Shown: positions 55,874-64,000 of the stretch, one piece after another
How positions within the stretch are numbered: position 1 is the first letter of the stretch
Layout of the letters: the number at the start of each line of letters is the position of its first letter
Origin: a virus
Strand: one strand, 5' to 3'
Virus record (IMG/VR): IMGVR_UViG_3300027733_000033
DNA: 64,000 bases
The notes under the pieces: generated by a model
Told to the model about the DNA's origin: nothing
The model's input: only the letters and a program-made list of their open reading frames with translations
Database searches by the model: none
Translations under genes and position numbers: made by a program

Positions 55874-56658
55874 TATTGTGTCACCGTTGTTTGTGTTGTT
55901 GCCTTAGATATTTTATCTTTAGGATCAAAATTTTTATTAAAAAATGGCAACAAATCATTAGAGTCGGCGTAGAAAAATTTTGATTGGAATCTATCAAAAG
56001 GTTTATCAAATAATTGTTGTTTAGAAATCTCCCATTCTATAGGAAATTCTAAATGTAAAATGTAAGAATTAAGGTCAGAATCAAACGTTCCAGATGCTAC
56101 TGTATCCATATTTCCTTCTGTTTCTACTACTCGCCATTCGTCTTCTTGAGTAAGATCTTGTTTTACTGATTGAACAAGTTTGTATATTGAATTTGGTTCT
56201 GGTTCAGCTGCATCTATTGATTCTATACCATTATAATAATCCATCACTTTACCTGCCATTTTTTCAATTTCTACAGCGGCGTTAGGATTACCCGATGTTG
56301 TACCTAAAATACCATTTTCATCAGTAAAGATAACTTCATTATGTGCTTCAGTGTATAACTGAGCAGAAAGTGTTTGAGGAATACCGCCTATGCTACCCAG
56401 CATCAATGGTTGCTGTTCATACTCATCTACAAAAATTATGACAACCCATGTTCCTGTTACCACACCGGTTGGGCTCCATCCTATACCATTCATAGATGCG
56501 TTGTTGATAGGCATTACCGGATATGCCCAAGGTAGCATATCCGTTGGAAGTTCCTCTTTATTTTCTGTATGTTTTCCAACAACCCTAACTCGACATCTAC
56601 CGAGCATTAGTGGATCAAGTCTATCTTCCACTACTCCAAAGAAAAAATTACTCATCAC
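55873..56658 (-). CDS. gp5: gp5 N-terminal OB-fold protein
   Basis: FFGVVEDR.DP..LGRCRVRVVG.H, LPT..LPWA, GTWV..F.D...QQP..LG. Confidence 0.85.
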   Translation of the reverse strand: MMSNFFFGVVEDRLDPLMLGRCRVRVVGKHTENKEELPTDMLPWAYPVMPINNASMNGIGWSPTGVVTGTWVVIIFVDEYEQQPLMLGSIGGIPQTLSAQLYTEAHNEVIFTDENGILGTTSGNPNAAVEIEKMAGKVMDYYNGIESIDAAEPEPNSIYKLVQSVKQDLTQEDEWRVVETEGNMDTVASGTFDSDLNSYILHLEFPIEWEISKQQLFDKPFDRFQSKFFYADSNDLLPFFNKNFDPKDKISKATTQTTVTQ

Positions 56659-58013
56659 GCCGCCCGTTCAACTTCGTTTAAATCTATTGATAAACTATCT
56701 TTCATTAACAACATTACACACTGATGATTTTGGTTTGTTATTATATGTCTAATTGCTGTTATAAGATAGTTACCGCTTAATAATTTATCTTCTTGTTCAT
56801 CTTCTAATTCAAGATTACAAACTTTGTACAATACAAAGCTGACCCTTTGCCCTACAGTATAATCTGTTCTTCCTAATACCGTAATTTCAATTTGCTGTGT
56901 ATCCATCAAATTCATTAAAGAAAGCCGGCGCTGAGCAATTTTTGAATTAGAGATATCGTGATTCCCTTCAAAAATAGCATTTGCCTTTTCCATCATAATG
57001 TAGGCGTTTTCTTTTGTATTGATAGACTGTTTAGAAATAGGAGCAAATTCGTTTAGTCTAATTTCTTTATCATAGTTGGTCTTATAATCAAACGCAATAT
57101 TCCGATAGGTTTTATTGGTTATGTTATGTACGATAAGGTTAGACGCAAAGGTTCCACTTCTGTTTCTATCGATATAACTAAAAGATTCAACCACGTTGAA
57201 GTCTAACACTCTCGAATAGTTTTTCTCAAAGTCGAACGTTGTAGTTCTGTTTTCTTTATCTGTAGGGATATCTCTGGTGAAGTTGTCTTTTCTAAACTCA
57301 CGTGTTATATCGTTTCTGAATAAAGCTTCTAATGAAATAAAGTTTAAGCCGTTACGATTTTCAAAAAACAAAAATGTTGGAGATCCTTCTGTCATTGTAC
57401 CGTTATTATTTGCCGGCATACTAATAGCGTGTTCAGCAAGGTAATTAAGATTTTTAACAGGTGACCAAAAATTAGAAACGTAAGCGTGACCATTTGATGT
57501 TTCTTCAATATTAAATCTTTCCAGCTGTTCTTCAGTTAATTCTTTAGAATCATTTTGGAAATACGAATATTGCTTAAGAATATCTGATGCAATGTCCGAA
57601 ATCTTACTAGCATTAAACCCCTTTGAAAGTTTAATATTCATATCCAGTAAAGCTTCAACAGAAACAAAATGAAGAATATAGCTAACTAAACGATCATTTG
57701 TGTATTGTCTATCAGATACTTTATAAACATAAAAGCGCCCATGAATTGAATGCTTTTTATCCTCATCAGGAAATCCTGGAGTAACGATATCTAAATCAAG
57801 AAATTCCTCACCAACAATAGGCAATTTATTGATGAGCGCATTAGCATCTTGAATTACAAGTGTTCCATTTATAAACGGCGCAAATATGTCTTCATAAACG
57901 TTTATCCCAAGAAACATATTTTGTAGGTCAACCACAAAAGACGTATTAATGGATACAATTTCCATTTTGTTTATTACAACTTCGCCGGCGAATGTTAAAT
58001 TTCTAGTGGTCAT
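56655..58013 (-). CDS. Baseplate hub protein (gp27-like)
   Basis: YEDIF.PFI.G, FLFFEN..G.NF.S.E.L, SGNYLITAIRH; located between gp53 and gp5. Confidence 0.75.
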   Translation of the reverse strand: MTTRNLTFAGEVVINKMEIVSINTSFVVDLQNMFLGINVYEDIFAPFINGTLVIQDANALINKLPIVGEEFLDLDIVTPGFPDEDKKHSIHGRFYVYKVSDRQYTNDRLVSYILHFVSVEALLDMNIKLSKGFNASKISDIASDILKQYSYFQNDSKELTEEQLERFNIEETSNGHAYVSNFWSPVKNLNYLAEHAISMPANNNGTMTEGSPTFLFFENRNGLNFISLEALFRNDITREFRKDNFTRDIPTDKENRTTTFDFEKNYSRVLDFNVVESFSYIDRNRSGTFASNLIVHNITNKTYRNIAFDYKTNYDKEIRLNEFAPISKQSINTKENAYIMMEKANAIFEGNHDISNSKIAQRRLSLMNLMDTQQIEITVLGRTDYTVGQRVSFVLYKVCNLELEDEQEDKLLSGNYLITAIRHIITNQNHQCVMLLMKDSLSIDLNEVERAA

Positions 58014-58570
58014 AAGTCGTTCAGTTCTCTAATAATATAAGTGATTATTTCTTTTGGGATGTATTTCAGATACCGTTTCTCTTCATTCAAAACGGTTTCA
58101 TAATCGTAATTAGTTACCCCGTATGAACTGATGTAGTTTAGATAAGCCGTATATTCCGGAGTCGTCACAGAAGGATACCCCACAGGCTGTTCTAGTTTAA
58201 CCGGAGTTGTTATTTTTATCACATTTCCATCAATTATTTTTTGGCAATGATGGATACCGTGGATATCGTCATATTTATCGCTAAGATATTTGTCAAAAAC
58301 TTTAACCGGTATTGGGAAATCTGTTAGATAATCAAATCTGTCATTAAGAAGCATAAGCGCCCAATGATAGTTTGGTGTGCCATAAATTTTTTCAGATATA
58401 ACTTCAGGCGTATCACCGTCTTGTATTGTATAGTATTCATATGACGTGATTTTATCTTTAACAATTTCTTTGAATCTGACATTATGTGTGATGTCTTTTA
58501 ATACGATTAACTGTTCTTCATCGTTAATCGTAAAAGGGTAATACAGAGTTGGCACGTTTGTGAAATACAT
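58010..58570 (-). CDS. gp53: Baseplate wedge subunit
   Basis: MYF..P, Y.IQDGDTPE.IS.KIYG...YHW, YE...NE.KR. Confidence 0.9.
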   Translation of the reverse strand: MYFTNVPTLYYPFTINDEEQLIVLKDITHNVRFKEIVKDKITSYEYYTIQDGDTPEVISEKIYGTPNYHWALMLLNDRFDYLTDFPIPVKVFDKYLSDKYDDIHGIHHCQKIIDGNVIKITTPVKLEQPVGYPSVTTPEYTAYLNYISSYGVTNYDYETVLNEEKRYLKYIPKEIITYIIRELNDL

Positions 58571-58572
58571 TA

Positions 58573-59559
58573 TTAATATCCTCCATTTAGAACAGAATCT
58601 TTATCAAGTGTCGCCAATTCTTTAAATTCTAAAGTCATTGTGATATGATTTGGAGAACCGTCATTAAATGTAGAAAATTGTCCAATAGGAGAATAATTGA
58701 TTGAAACCTTTTCAAGCACACATGTGGTATGTTGATGCACATTATTATTCAAATCTTTATCAAAATAGTAATAGATGTCAAATTCTGCTGGATATTTATA
58801 CATCAATGTGCCTGCTGTTAATTCAGGCATCATATTACCTTTAAATTGGCGAATAATCTCTTGAACTGTATCTGATTCTTTTTTACTTTTTGGTGAAAAC
58901 GTGTATGAAAAAGAGAACGTTCTAAAATCAACCCCTTTGAATAATAATTCTTGTTGGGGATTCAATAACATTCTAGAACCAAGTTTAAGCAAATCAGGCG
59001 TATTTTTAACTGCTAAATTTACACCCTCTTTCATCTTGTTAATCATTTCTGTTTTTTTTGCGTCCTTTGCGTTCATTCCATTTGTTGGAGTAGCAGTTAA
59101 CGTTGGCAGAACAAATAATCTATCAGTCAAACTCATTGATTCATAATTAGCGCTGTATGTTGAACTAAGCGCCGGTGGTGTATAAAGTACGATATTACAA
59201 AATCCATTTTTAAGTGGTGTTGGAATAGATGGGCTTTCTTTACCGCTAACTCCACGCGCAGCAACAGCCGCTTGTTGAGCAGCTGATTGAGAACGCTGAC
59301 CGCTACCTGCAGACCATTCACTAGATAATGAATCTAAAGAAGAAAAAACAGTGCCTAGGATATTTCTTGCCGATGGGTTATCTAATGTATTGAGAGCATT
59401 AGATATAATTTTTGCCTTTTTACTTTCTAATGTTTTTAATGGGTTTCTAAAAGAGGAGTCTGACAGCACAAACATGACATAGTTCGCACCGTAAGGGTTA
59501 TCTGTTTCCGAACGAAGATCGTCGGGATAGATTAGTGTTTGCACGTAAGGCGAAGCCAT
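58573..59559 (-). CDS. gp48: Baseplate-tail tube cap
   Basis: NP..ELLFKG..FRTFSF.Y.F.PKS..ES, YP..F, V..NY.P, L.F.E. Confidence 0.88.
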   Translation of the reverse strand: MASPYVQTLIYPDDLRSETDNPYGANYVMFVLSDSSFRNPLKTLESKKAKIISNALNTLDNPSARNILGTVFSSLDSLSSEWSAGSGQRSQSAAQQAAVAARGVSGKESPSIPTPLKNGFCNIVLYTPPALSSTYSANYESMSLTDRLFVLPTLTATPTNGMNAKDAKKTEMINKMKEGVNLAVKNTPDLLKLGSRMLLNPQQELLFKGVDFRTFSFSYTFSPKSKKESDTVQEIIRQFKGNMMPELTAGTLMYKYPAEFDIYYYFDKDLNNNVHQHTTCVLEKVSINYSPIGQFSTFNDGSPNHITMTLEFKELATLDKDSVLNGGY

Positions 59560-59629
59560 GGGTATAAAATCCTTTTAAATAAGTTAAACAAACCATTCAT
59601 TTATATTATTTAAGCCGCTAAATAAAATT

Positions 59630-60097
59630 ATGAGAAAAACGAGATTTCCAAAACCCCGAAAATGGTTTCCTAAAAACCCAGAAAAGTATGTTGGTGATGT
59701 AAATAATATCATATCAAGAAGCAGTTGGGAAACCAAATTTTTAAATTGGGCAGATAATAATCCTGCTATAATTTCATATTCATCTGAAGAAACGGTTATA
59801 CCTTACATATCTATAACGGATATGAAACCACATAGATATTATCCTGATTTTAAAATTAAGGTAAAAGATGCACAAGGTAATATTAAAACCTATATTGTTG
59901 AAATTAAGCCTAATTCACAAAGAAATCCTCCTATATATAAAGGAAAGAAAACCCAAAGATACATAAATGAATGTTCTACGTTTATGGTTAACCAATCAAA
60001 ATGGAAAGCGGCAGAAAGTTTTTGTAAAGAACGTGGGTTAGGGTTCATTGTATTAGATGAATATGATTTAGGTATAGCACAAAGGAAAACAAAATGA
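59630..60097 (+). CDS. gp4: Head completion nuclease
   Basis: PKNPEKYVGD, RSSWE, SSEE..IPY, HRYYPDF, EIKP, NQSKWKAA. Confidence 0.93.
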   Translation: MRKTRFPKPRKWFPKNPEKYVGDVNNIISRSSWETKFLNWADNNPAIISYSSEETVIPYISITDMKPHRYYPDFKIKVKDAQGNIKTYIVEIKPNSQRNPPIYKGKKTQRYINECSTFMVNQSKWKAAESFCKERGLGFIVLDEYDLGIAQRKTK

Positions 60098-60837
60098 TAC
60101 AGCAAGATGTTGAAAGTCCAAGTCCGGCTGCAATTAAAAAACTAAGAACAAAAAATGGGTTAACCTTACAAAAGGCGGCAACTTTAGCCGGCGTTGCGTC
60201 ATCTACATTTGAGAAAATGGAGAATGGCGTTATTAAAATGTCAGGCGATACTTGGGATAAACTGAATCGTAAGACAGCGGTAAAGCCTAATATAAAAGCC
60301 ACCTTAGAAACATCAACTAATTATGAGTTGAAAGATTTGGTTTTAAAATCTAAAGCGTGGTTTAATTCTGAAGCAAAATCATTAGCAGCATCAACCACAT
60401 TAAAGGTTAGAGGTAGAGCAACTGGTTCTCCTGTTCCTGGAGAAATGTATTCATTTTACTATGATGCTAAACACAAAGATACTTTACCTTACTGGGATAA
60501 ATTTCCATTAGTGTTTCCTTTCAGAATTATGCCTGATGGATTTTACGGTATTAATTTACATTACTTACATTACAAAGAACGGATTATATTATTAGACGCA
60601 TTGGATGCGGTTGCTACATCCCCTAGAAAAGAAGTATCAAAAAGATTACAAATTTCGTATTCAATATTACAGCAGGCGGCTAAAAATAAAAAATTCGAAA
60701 AATGTATTCATAGATATTTGTTTGCTCATTTGAAAACCCCGTTAAAAAAGATACATTCAGATAAATGGATTTTAAGCGCGATGCTACCAAACGAAATGTT
60801 TGTTGGTGCGACGACTAAACAAATATGGAGTTTATAG
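60094..60837 (+). CDS. gp2: DNA end protector with N-terminal XRE-type HTH
   Basis: PG.MY.FYYDAKHKDTLPYWDKFPL, GINLHYL, C.HRYL..H; N-terminal IKKLR...GLT..KAA.LAGV..ST..K.E.G. Confidence 0.88.
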   Translation: MIQQDVESPSPAAIKKLRTKNGLTLQKAATLAGVASSTFEKMENGVIKMSGDTWDKLNRKTAVKPNIKATLETSTNYELKDLVLKSKAWFNSEAKSLAASTTLKVRGRATGSPVPGEMYSFYYDAKHKDTLPYWDKFPLVFPFRIMPDGFYGINLHYLHYKERIILLDALDAVATSPRKEVSKRLQISYSILQQAAKNKKFEKCIHRYLFAHLKTPLKKIHSDKWILSAMLPNEMFVGATTKQIWSL

Positions 60838-61431
60838 ATGAGTAAAGGTAAAGATTTAATTAATTTCATATCATTGGTTAAAAATGACGGGTTAAGTAAA
60901 GCCAGTCATTTTGATGTTGATATTTTTATGCCCAAAGCTTTTGATAACGAAGCCGGTAGATCGTTGTTTGACCAATTTAGTCACTTGACAATGTTATGTG
61001 AATCAACTGTACTTCCAGGGATGATGTTGGTTCAAACAGTTTACGAAACCTTTGGTGAGCAAAGAAAAATTCCAACATCTAGACAGTTTAATGATATTTC
61101 TTTAACATTCATTTGCGATATTGATTTAGTGACGCGCCGGTTTTTTGAAGCATGGACGGAATATGTAATTGACCCTGTTACAAGAACAATGGGATATTAT
61201 GAGAATTACACCACCACTATGACTATAGGTATTAATGATGGCGCTTCGGAAGCATTTAATAATAAACAAGGCGATAAAAAAAGAGATTCTAATCGCAGAC
61301 TGACGATGACATTATATGAAGTTTACCCTAAGCAAATTCAAGATATCACATTAAGTTATGATGAAGCAGGATTTGCTAAAGTTACCGTAGATTTGTCATA
61401 TAAGTTCCATTCTATTGCTGTTGGTGCATAA
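60838..61431 (+). CDS. gp54: Baseplate tail tube initiator (gp19-like fold)
   Basis: LCES..LPG, ISLTF..D, FF..W, GYY..Y, L.EVYP. Confidence 0.75.
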   Translation: MSKGKDLINFISLVKNDGLSKASHFDVDIFMPKAFDNEAGRSLFDQFSHLTMLCESTVLPGMMLVQTVYETFGEQRKIPTSRQFNDISLTFICDIDLVTRRFFEAWTEYVIDPVTRTMGYYENYTTTMTIGINDGASEAFNNKQGDKKRDSNRRLTMTLYEVYPKQIQDITLSYDEAGFAKVTVDLSYKFHSIAVGA

Positions 61432-61854
61432 ATGAAAATTGATGATAATTTGGCTACTGTGTTCAATTTAGATACGAACATAATTGAAGGTGAGATTGTA
61501 GGTGAAGTAACGAAAGCGCCGTTAGTGAGAGCAGAACCGTTTGAAGCTGAGAATGATTTTGAATACGCAAGAGAAAATATAAAATCATTAATAGCACAAG
61601 GAGAAGACGCGCTTGAGTCTATAATTGACATAGCAAAATCTAGTGAAGCTCCTAGAGCGTTTGAAATTGTAGCCGGTTTATTGAAACAGCTTTCAGATAT
61701 GAACCATCAGGTCATAGATTTACATGTTAAGAAAAAAGGCTTAAAGGGTAAAGTTGAAAGTGAATCTCCTAAAACTGTCACCAACAATAGTATATTTGTT
61801 GGTACAACTAGCGAGTTGAATAAAATGATTAATGATTTGACGAATAAGGGATAG
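61432..61854 (+). CDS. gp16: Terminase small subunit
   Basis: D.EYARENI..LI..G..AL, A..SE.PRAFE, TNN.IFVG.T.EL. Confidence 0.88.
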   Translation: MKIDDNLATVFNLDTNIIEGEIVGEVTKAPLVRAEPFEAENDFEYARENIKSLIAQGEDALESIIDIAKSSEAPRAFEIVAGLLKQLSDMNHQVIDLHVKKKGLKGKVESESPKTVTNNSIFVGTTSELNKMINDLTNKG

Positions 61855-61855
61855 T

Positions 61856-62569
61856 ATGTTACCACAACCTAAAAAAAGCGCCCCAGTATATACAACAAAA
61901 ATTCCATCTTCTGGCGAAACTATCAAGTTTCATCCATTTTTAGTTGAAGATGAAAAAGCGTTATTAATTGCTCAAGAATCAGAAGATCTTGATGTAATGA
62001 TTGATACAATTCTAGACGTAATAAGCCGTTGTGTTCTAACCAAAATTGACACTGATAAGTTAGCGATATTTGATATCGAATACATATTCCTTCAAATTAG
62101 AGCAAAATCGGTAGGTGAAACCGCAGAGTTAATATTTTCATGTGATGATTGTGTTACACCAACATCTAAGGTTAAAATCAGTTTCAATTTAGAAAACATC
62201 AACGTAGAGAAAAACCCTAAGCATACAAAACGAATTTCTTTATTTGATGACGTAGGCGTTATGATGAAATACCCTGCGTACAAATCATTGAAGTTGCTGG
62301 ATTCAAATTTGAAAGATACAGAAATGGAATTCGATTTGGTAATTGATAGCGTTGATTACATTTATGATAAAGAAGAAATACATCACATCTCAGATTACAC
62401 TAAAGAAGAAGTTGTTGATTTCTTTAACGCCTTAACAAAAGAAAACTTCAACAAGGTTTATGAATTTTTTGAAACCATGCCACAAATGGTTCAACGGGTA
62501 AAATACAAATGTCCTGATTGCGGTAAAGCGCATAATAAAATTATAGAAGGGATCGAATATTTTTTTTAA
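61856..62569 (+). CDS. gp26: Baseplate hub assembly protein
   Basis: LP, PFLV.DEK.LL.A, FDIEYIFLQIRAKSVGE, CDDC, MKYP, CPDC, EG...FF. Confidence 0.92.
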   Translation: MLPQPKKSAPVYTTKIPSSGETIKFHPFLVEDEKALLIAQESEDLDVMIDTILDVISRCVLTKIDTDKLAIFDIEYIFLQIRAKSVGETAELIFSCDDCVTPTSKVKISFNLENINVEKNPKHTKRISLFDDVGVMMKYPAYKSLKLLDSNLKDTEMEFDLVIDSVDYIYDKEEIHHISDYTKEEVVDFFNALTKENFNKVYEFFETMPQMVQRVKYKCPDCGKAHNKIIEGIEYFF

Positions 62570-62754
62570 TGGCAATGAGCCACGATAATTTGCTGAATTA
62601 TATGAAGACGAATTTTGCCCTTATTCAATATCATAAATACAGCATAGGCGACATTGAAAGATTAATGCCATTTGAAAGGGAAATATACGTTTCGTTGTTA
62701 ATTATGCATTTGAAAGAAGAAAAGGAACGAATAGAAAGGAATAAAAGAAAATGA
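62569..62754 (+). CDS. gp51: Baseplate hub assembly catalyst
   Basis: NY.KTNFALIQYHKYS..DIE.LMPFEREIYV.LL. Confidence 0.9.
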   Translation: MAMSHDNLLNYMKTNFALIQYHKYSIGDIERLMPFEREIYVSLLIMHLKEEKERIERNKRK

Positions 62755-64000
62755 GTAAACGGGATAAAAGTTTGACCGCATTACTGGATAAGCAGGCAAA
62801 ACAGGTGTCTGATATCAAAGAAGATACTAATGAACTAAAAGAAAAAGCTGTAGAATTAAAGGAAGAAATAAAAGTAGCCGCCGGAACTGTCACAGGCTCA
62901 CCTATTCAAACAGGGACTAAGGTTTTAAACGCCACATCAGATTTGCATTCATTAGTAGATAATTCATTTGAGAATACAGATTTCGGTAAACTTTTGTCCA
63001 GCATAGATAAAGGCATCAACGATAAAAATAGCAATCTATTAAAATTGATGGAATCCTTAAAAGGCAAGTTTTCTTCATCTGTCATTAATAAAACAGAAAC
63101 TAAAGTTAATGAACCAGCGCCGACTCCAGTATTTCAACCACCAATAAGAAAAGAACCACCAAGTAGGTTCTTTTCTGGTATTGATGCGTTTCAGAAAAAG
63201 CTTGGTGTAAAAGATTATTCTATGCTGAGTAAGCGTATAAGTAATGCCTTAGCATTTACAAAATACGATTTGAGCGAAAAACAAAAGCCTGAATTTGAAC
63301 AGGTTATACCTGAAAAGAAAGCAAATAAAAGCGCAGTAAAAGCTGTAGAATCATCTGTACAGTTTTCTCCGTTGGCTAAACTTGCTGCCGACACAAAATC
63401 ACATAAGGCTTATGTTGATAAGGTATTAAAGGAAAATCCTAAGCTTTTGAAAAAGGGTAATGTTGAAGAAGTAAAAGGCAAACTGTTAGCTGAGTCAAAG
63501 GAACTGAGAAAACAGGCTAAAGGATATGTTGAGTTTGAAAAAGATTTAAAGGTATTAAAAGAAAACAACTTAACACAAGACAGTAAATTGATTAAGACCA
63601 TCGAAACTAAGATGGAAAAAATCAAAAAGTATGTTGAAAAAACTAATAGATTAGAGCCGGTAAAGGCTGAATCGGTTAAACCAGAATCTGCTGTTCCATC
63701 AACATCATTAGATGAAGCCGAGCATAAAGACAGTAACACTAAGTCTCAAGAAGAAATCGACAATTCTAAATTCCAAGAAAACCTACTTAATCAAAATAAA
63801 CAGCAGTTAGACATATCGAGTAAACAATATAAAACCTCTGATGAACAATTAAAAGTTCAAAATAAGATGTATGAGATTTTACAGAGATTTGAAAGTAAAG
63901 GTTTTGGTGGAGGAAACAACAAAAATGATGATTCAGTATTTGATGATTTTTTAGGCGGTGAAAAAAGAGACCGAAACCCTAAACGAAGTCCTACAAGAAC
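62751..64000 (+). CDS. Partial coiled-coil protein, probably gp29-like tail length determinant
   Basis: ATGA overlap with the gp51 stop; MSKRDKSLTALLDKQ..., K/E-rich, appears open to the window end; synteny. Confidence 0.55.
   Translation, partial: MSKRDKSLTALLDKQAKQVSDIKEDTNELKEKAVELKEEIKVAAGTVTGSPIQTGTKVLNATSDLHSLVDNSFENTDFGKLLSSIDKGINDKNSNLLKLMESLKGKFSSSVINKTETKVNEPAPTPVFQPPIRKEPPSRFFSGIDAFQKKLGVKDYSMLSKRISNALAFTKYDLSEKQKPEFEQVIPEKKANKSAVKAVESSVQFSPLAKLAADTKSHKAYVDKVLKENPKLLKKGNVEEVKGKLLAESKELRKQAKGYVEFEKDLKVLKENNLTQDSKLIKTIETKMEKIKKYVEKTNRLEPVKAESVKPESAVPSTSLDEAEHKDSNTKSQEEIDNSKFQENLLNQNKQQLDISSKQYKTSDEQLKVQNKMYEILQRFESKGFGGGNNKNDDSVFDDFLGGEKRDRNPKRSPTR

Noticed and set aside
1-64000. 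tRNA or rRNA genes
   Set aside because: No cloverleaf or rRNA-like sequence seen in the few intergenic gaps; not verified by tRNAscan

Overview
AT-rich 64 kb segment of a large T4-like (Tevenvirinae/cyanophage-style) myovirus covering most of the virion morphogenesis region. Minus strand: gp48, gp53, hub, split gp5, gp25, gp6, gp7, gp8, a split VrlC-like giant protein, an ~17 kb mosaic tail-fibre/accessory block (with two GIY-YIG/NUMOD3 homing endonucleases, a class-3 lipase, a lipase chimera, a lipoprotein and two holin-like genes), then gp13-15, gp18-23 (portal with an HNH intein), gp3 and small early genes including a serine recombinase. Plus strand: uvsY, and gp4, gp2 (HTH-fused), gp54, gp16, gp26, gp51 and a partial gp29-like gene. 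The most notable non-coding signal is a dispersed ~78 bp cassette in four copies: a sigma70-type promoter whose -10 box begins a 37 bp invariant core. Copies sit at module junctions, two face no sense gene, and one heads the recombinase operon. Other points of interest are a candidate late antisense RNA over a homing endonuclease start, an inverted IHF-site pair upstream of uvsY, a ~60 aa module shared by four structural proteins, and an 18 aa tandem array in gp7. Gene identities come from motif recognition and synteny, not database searches. No tRNA, rRNA, CRISPR array or reverse transcriptase was recognised.
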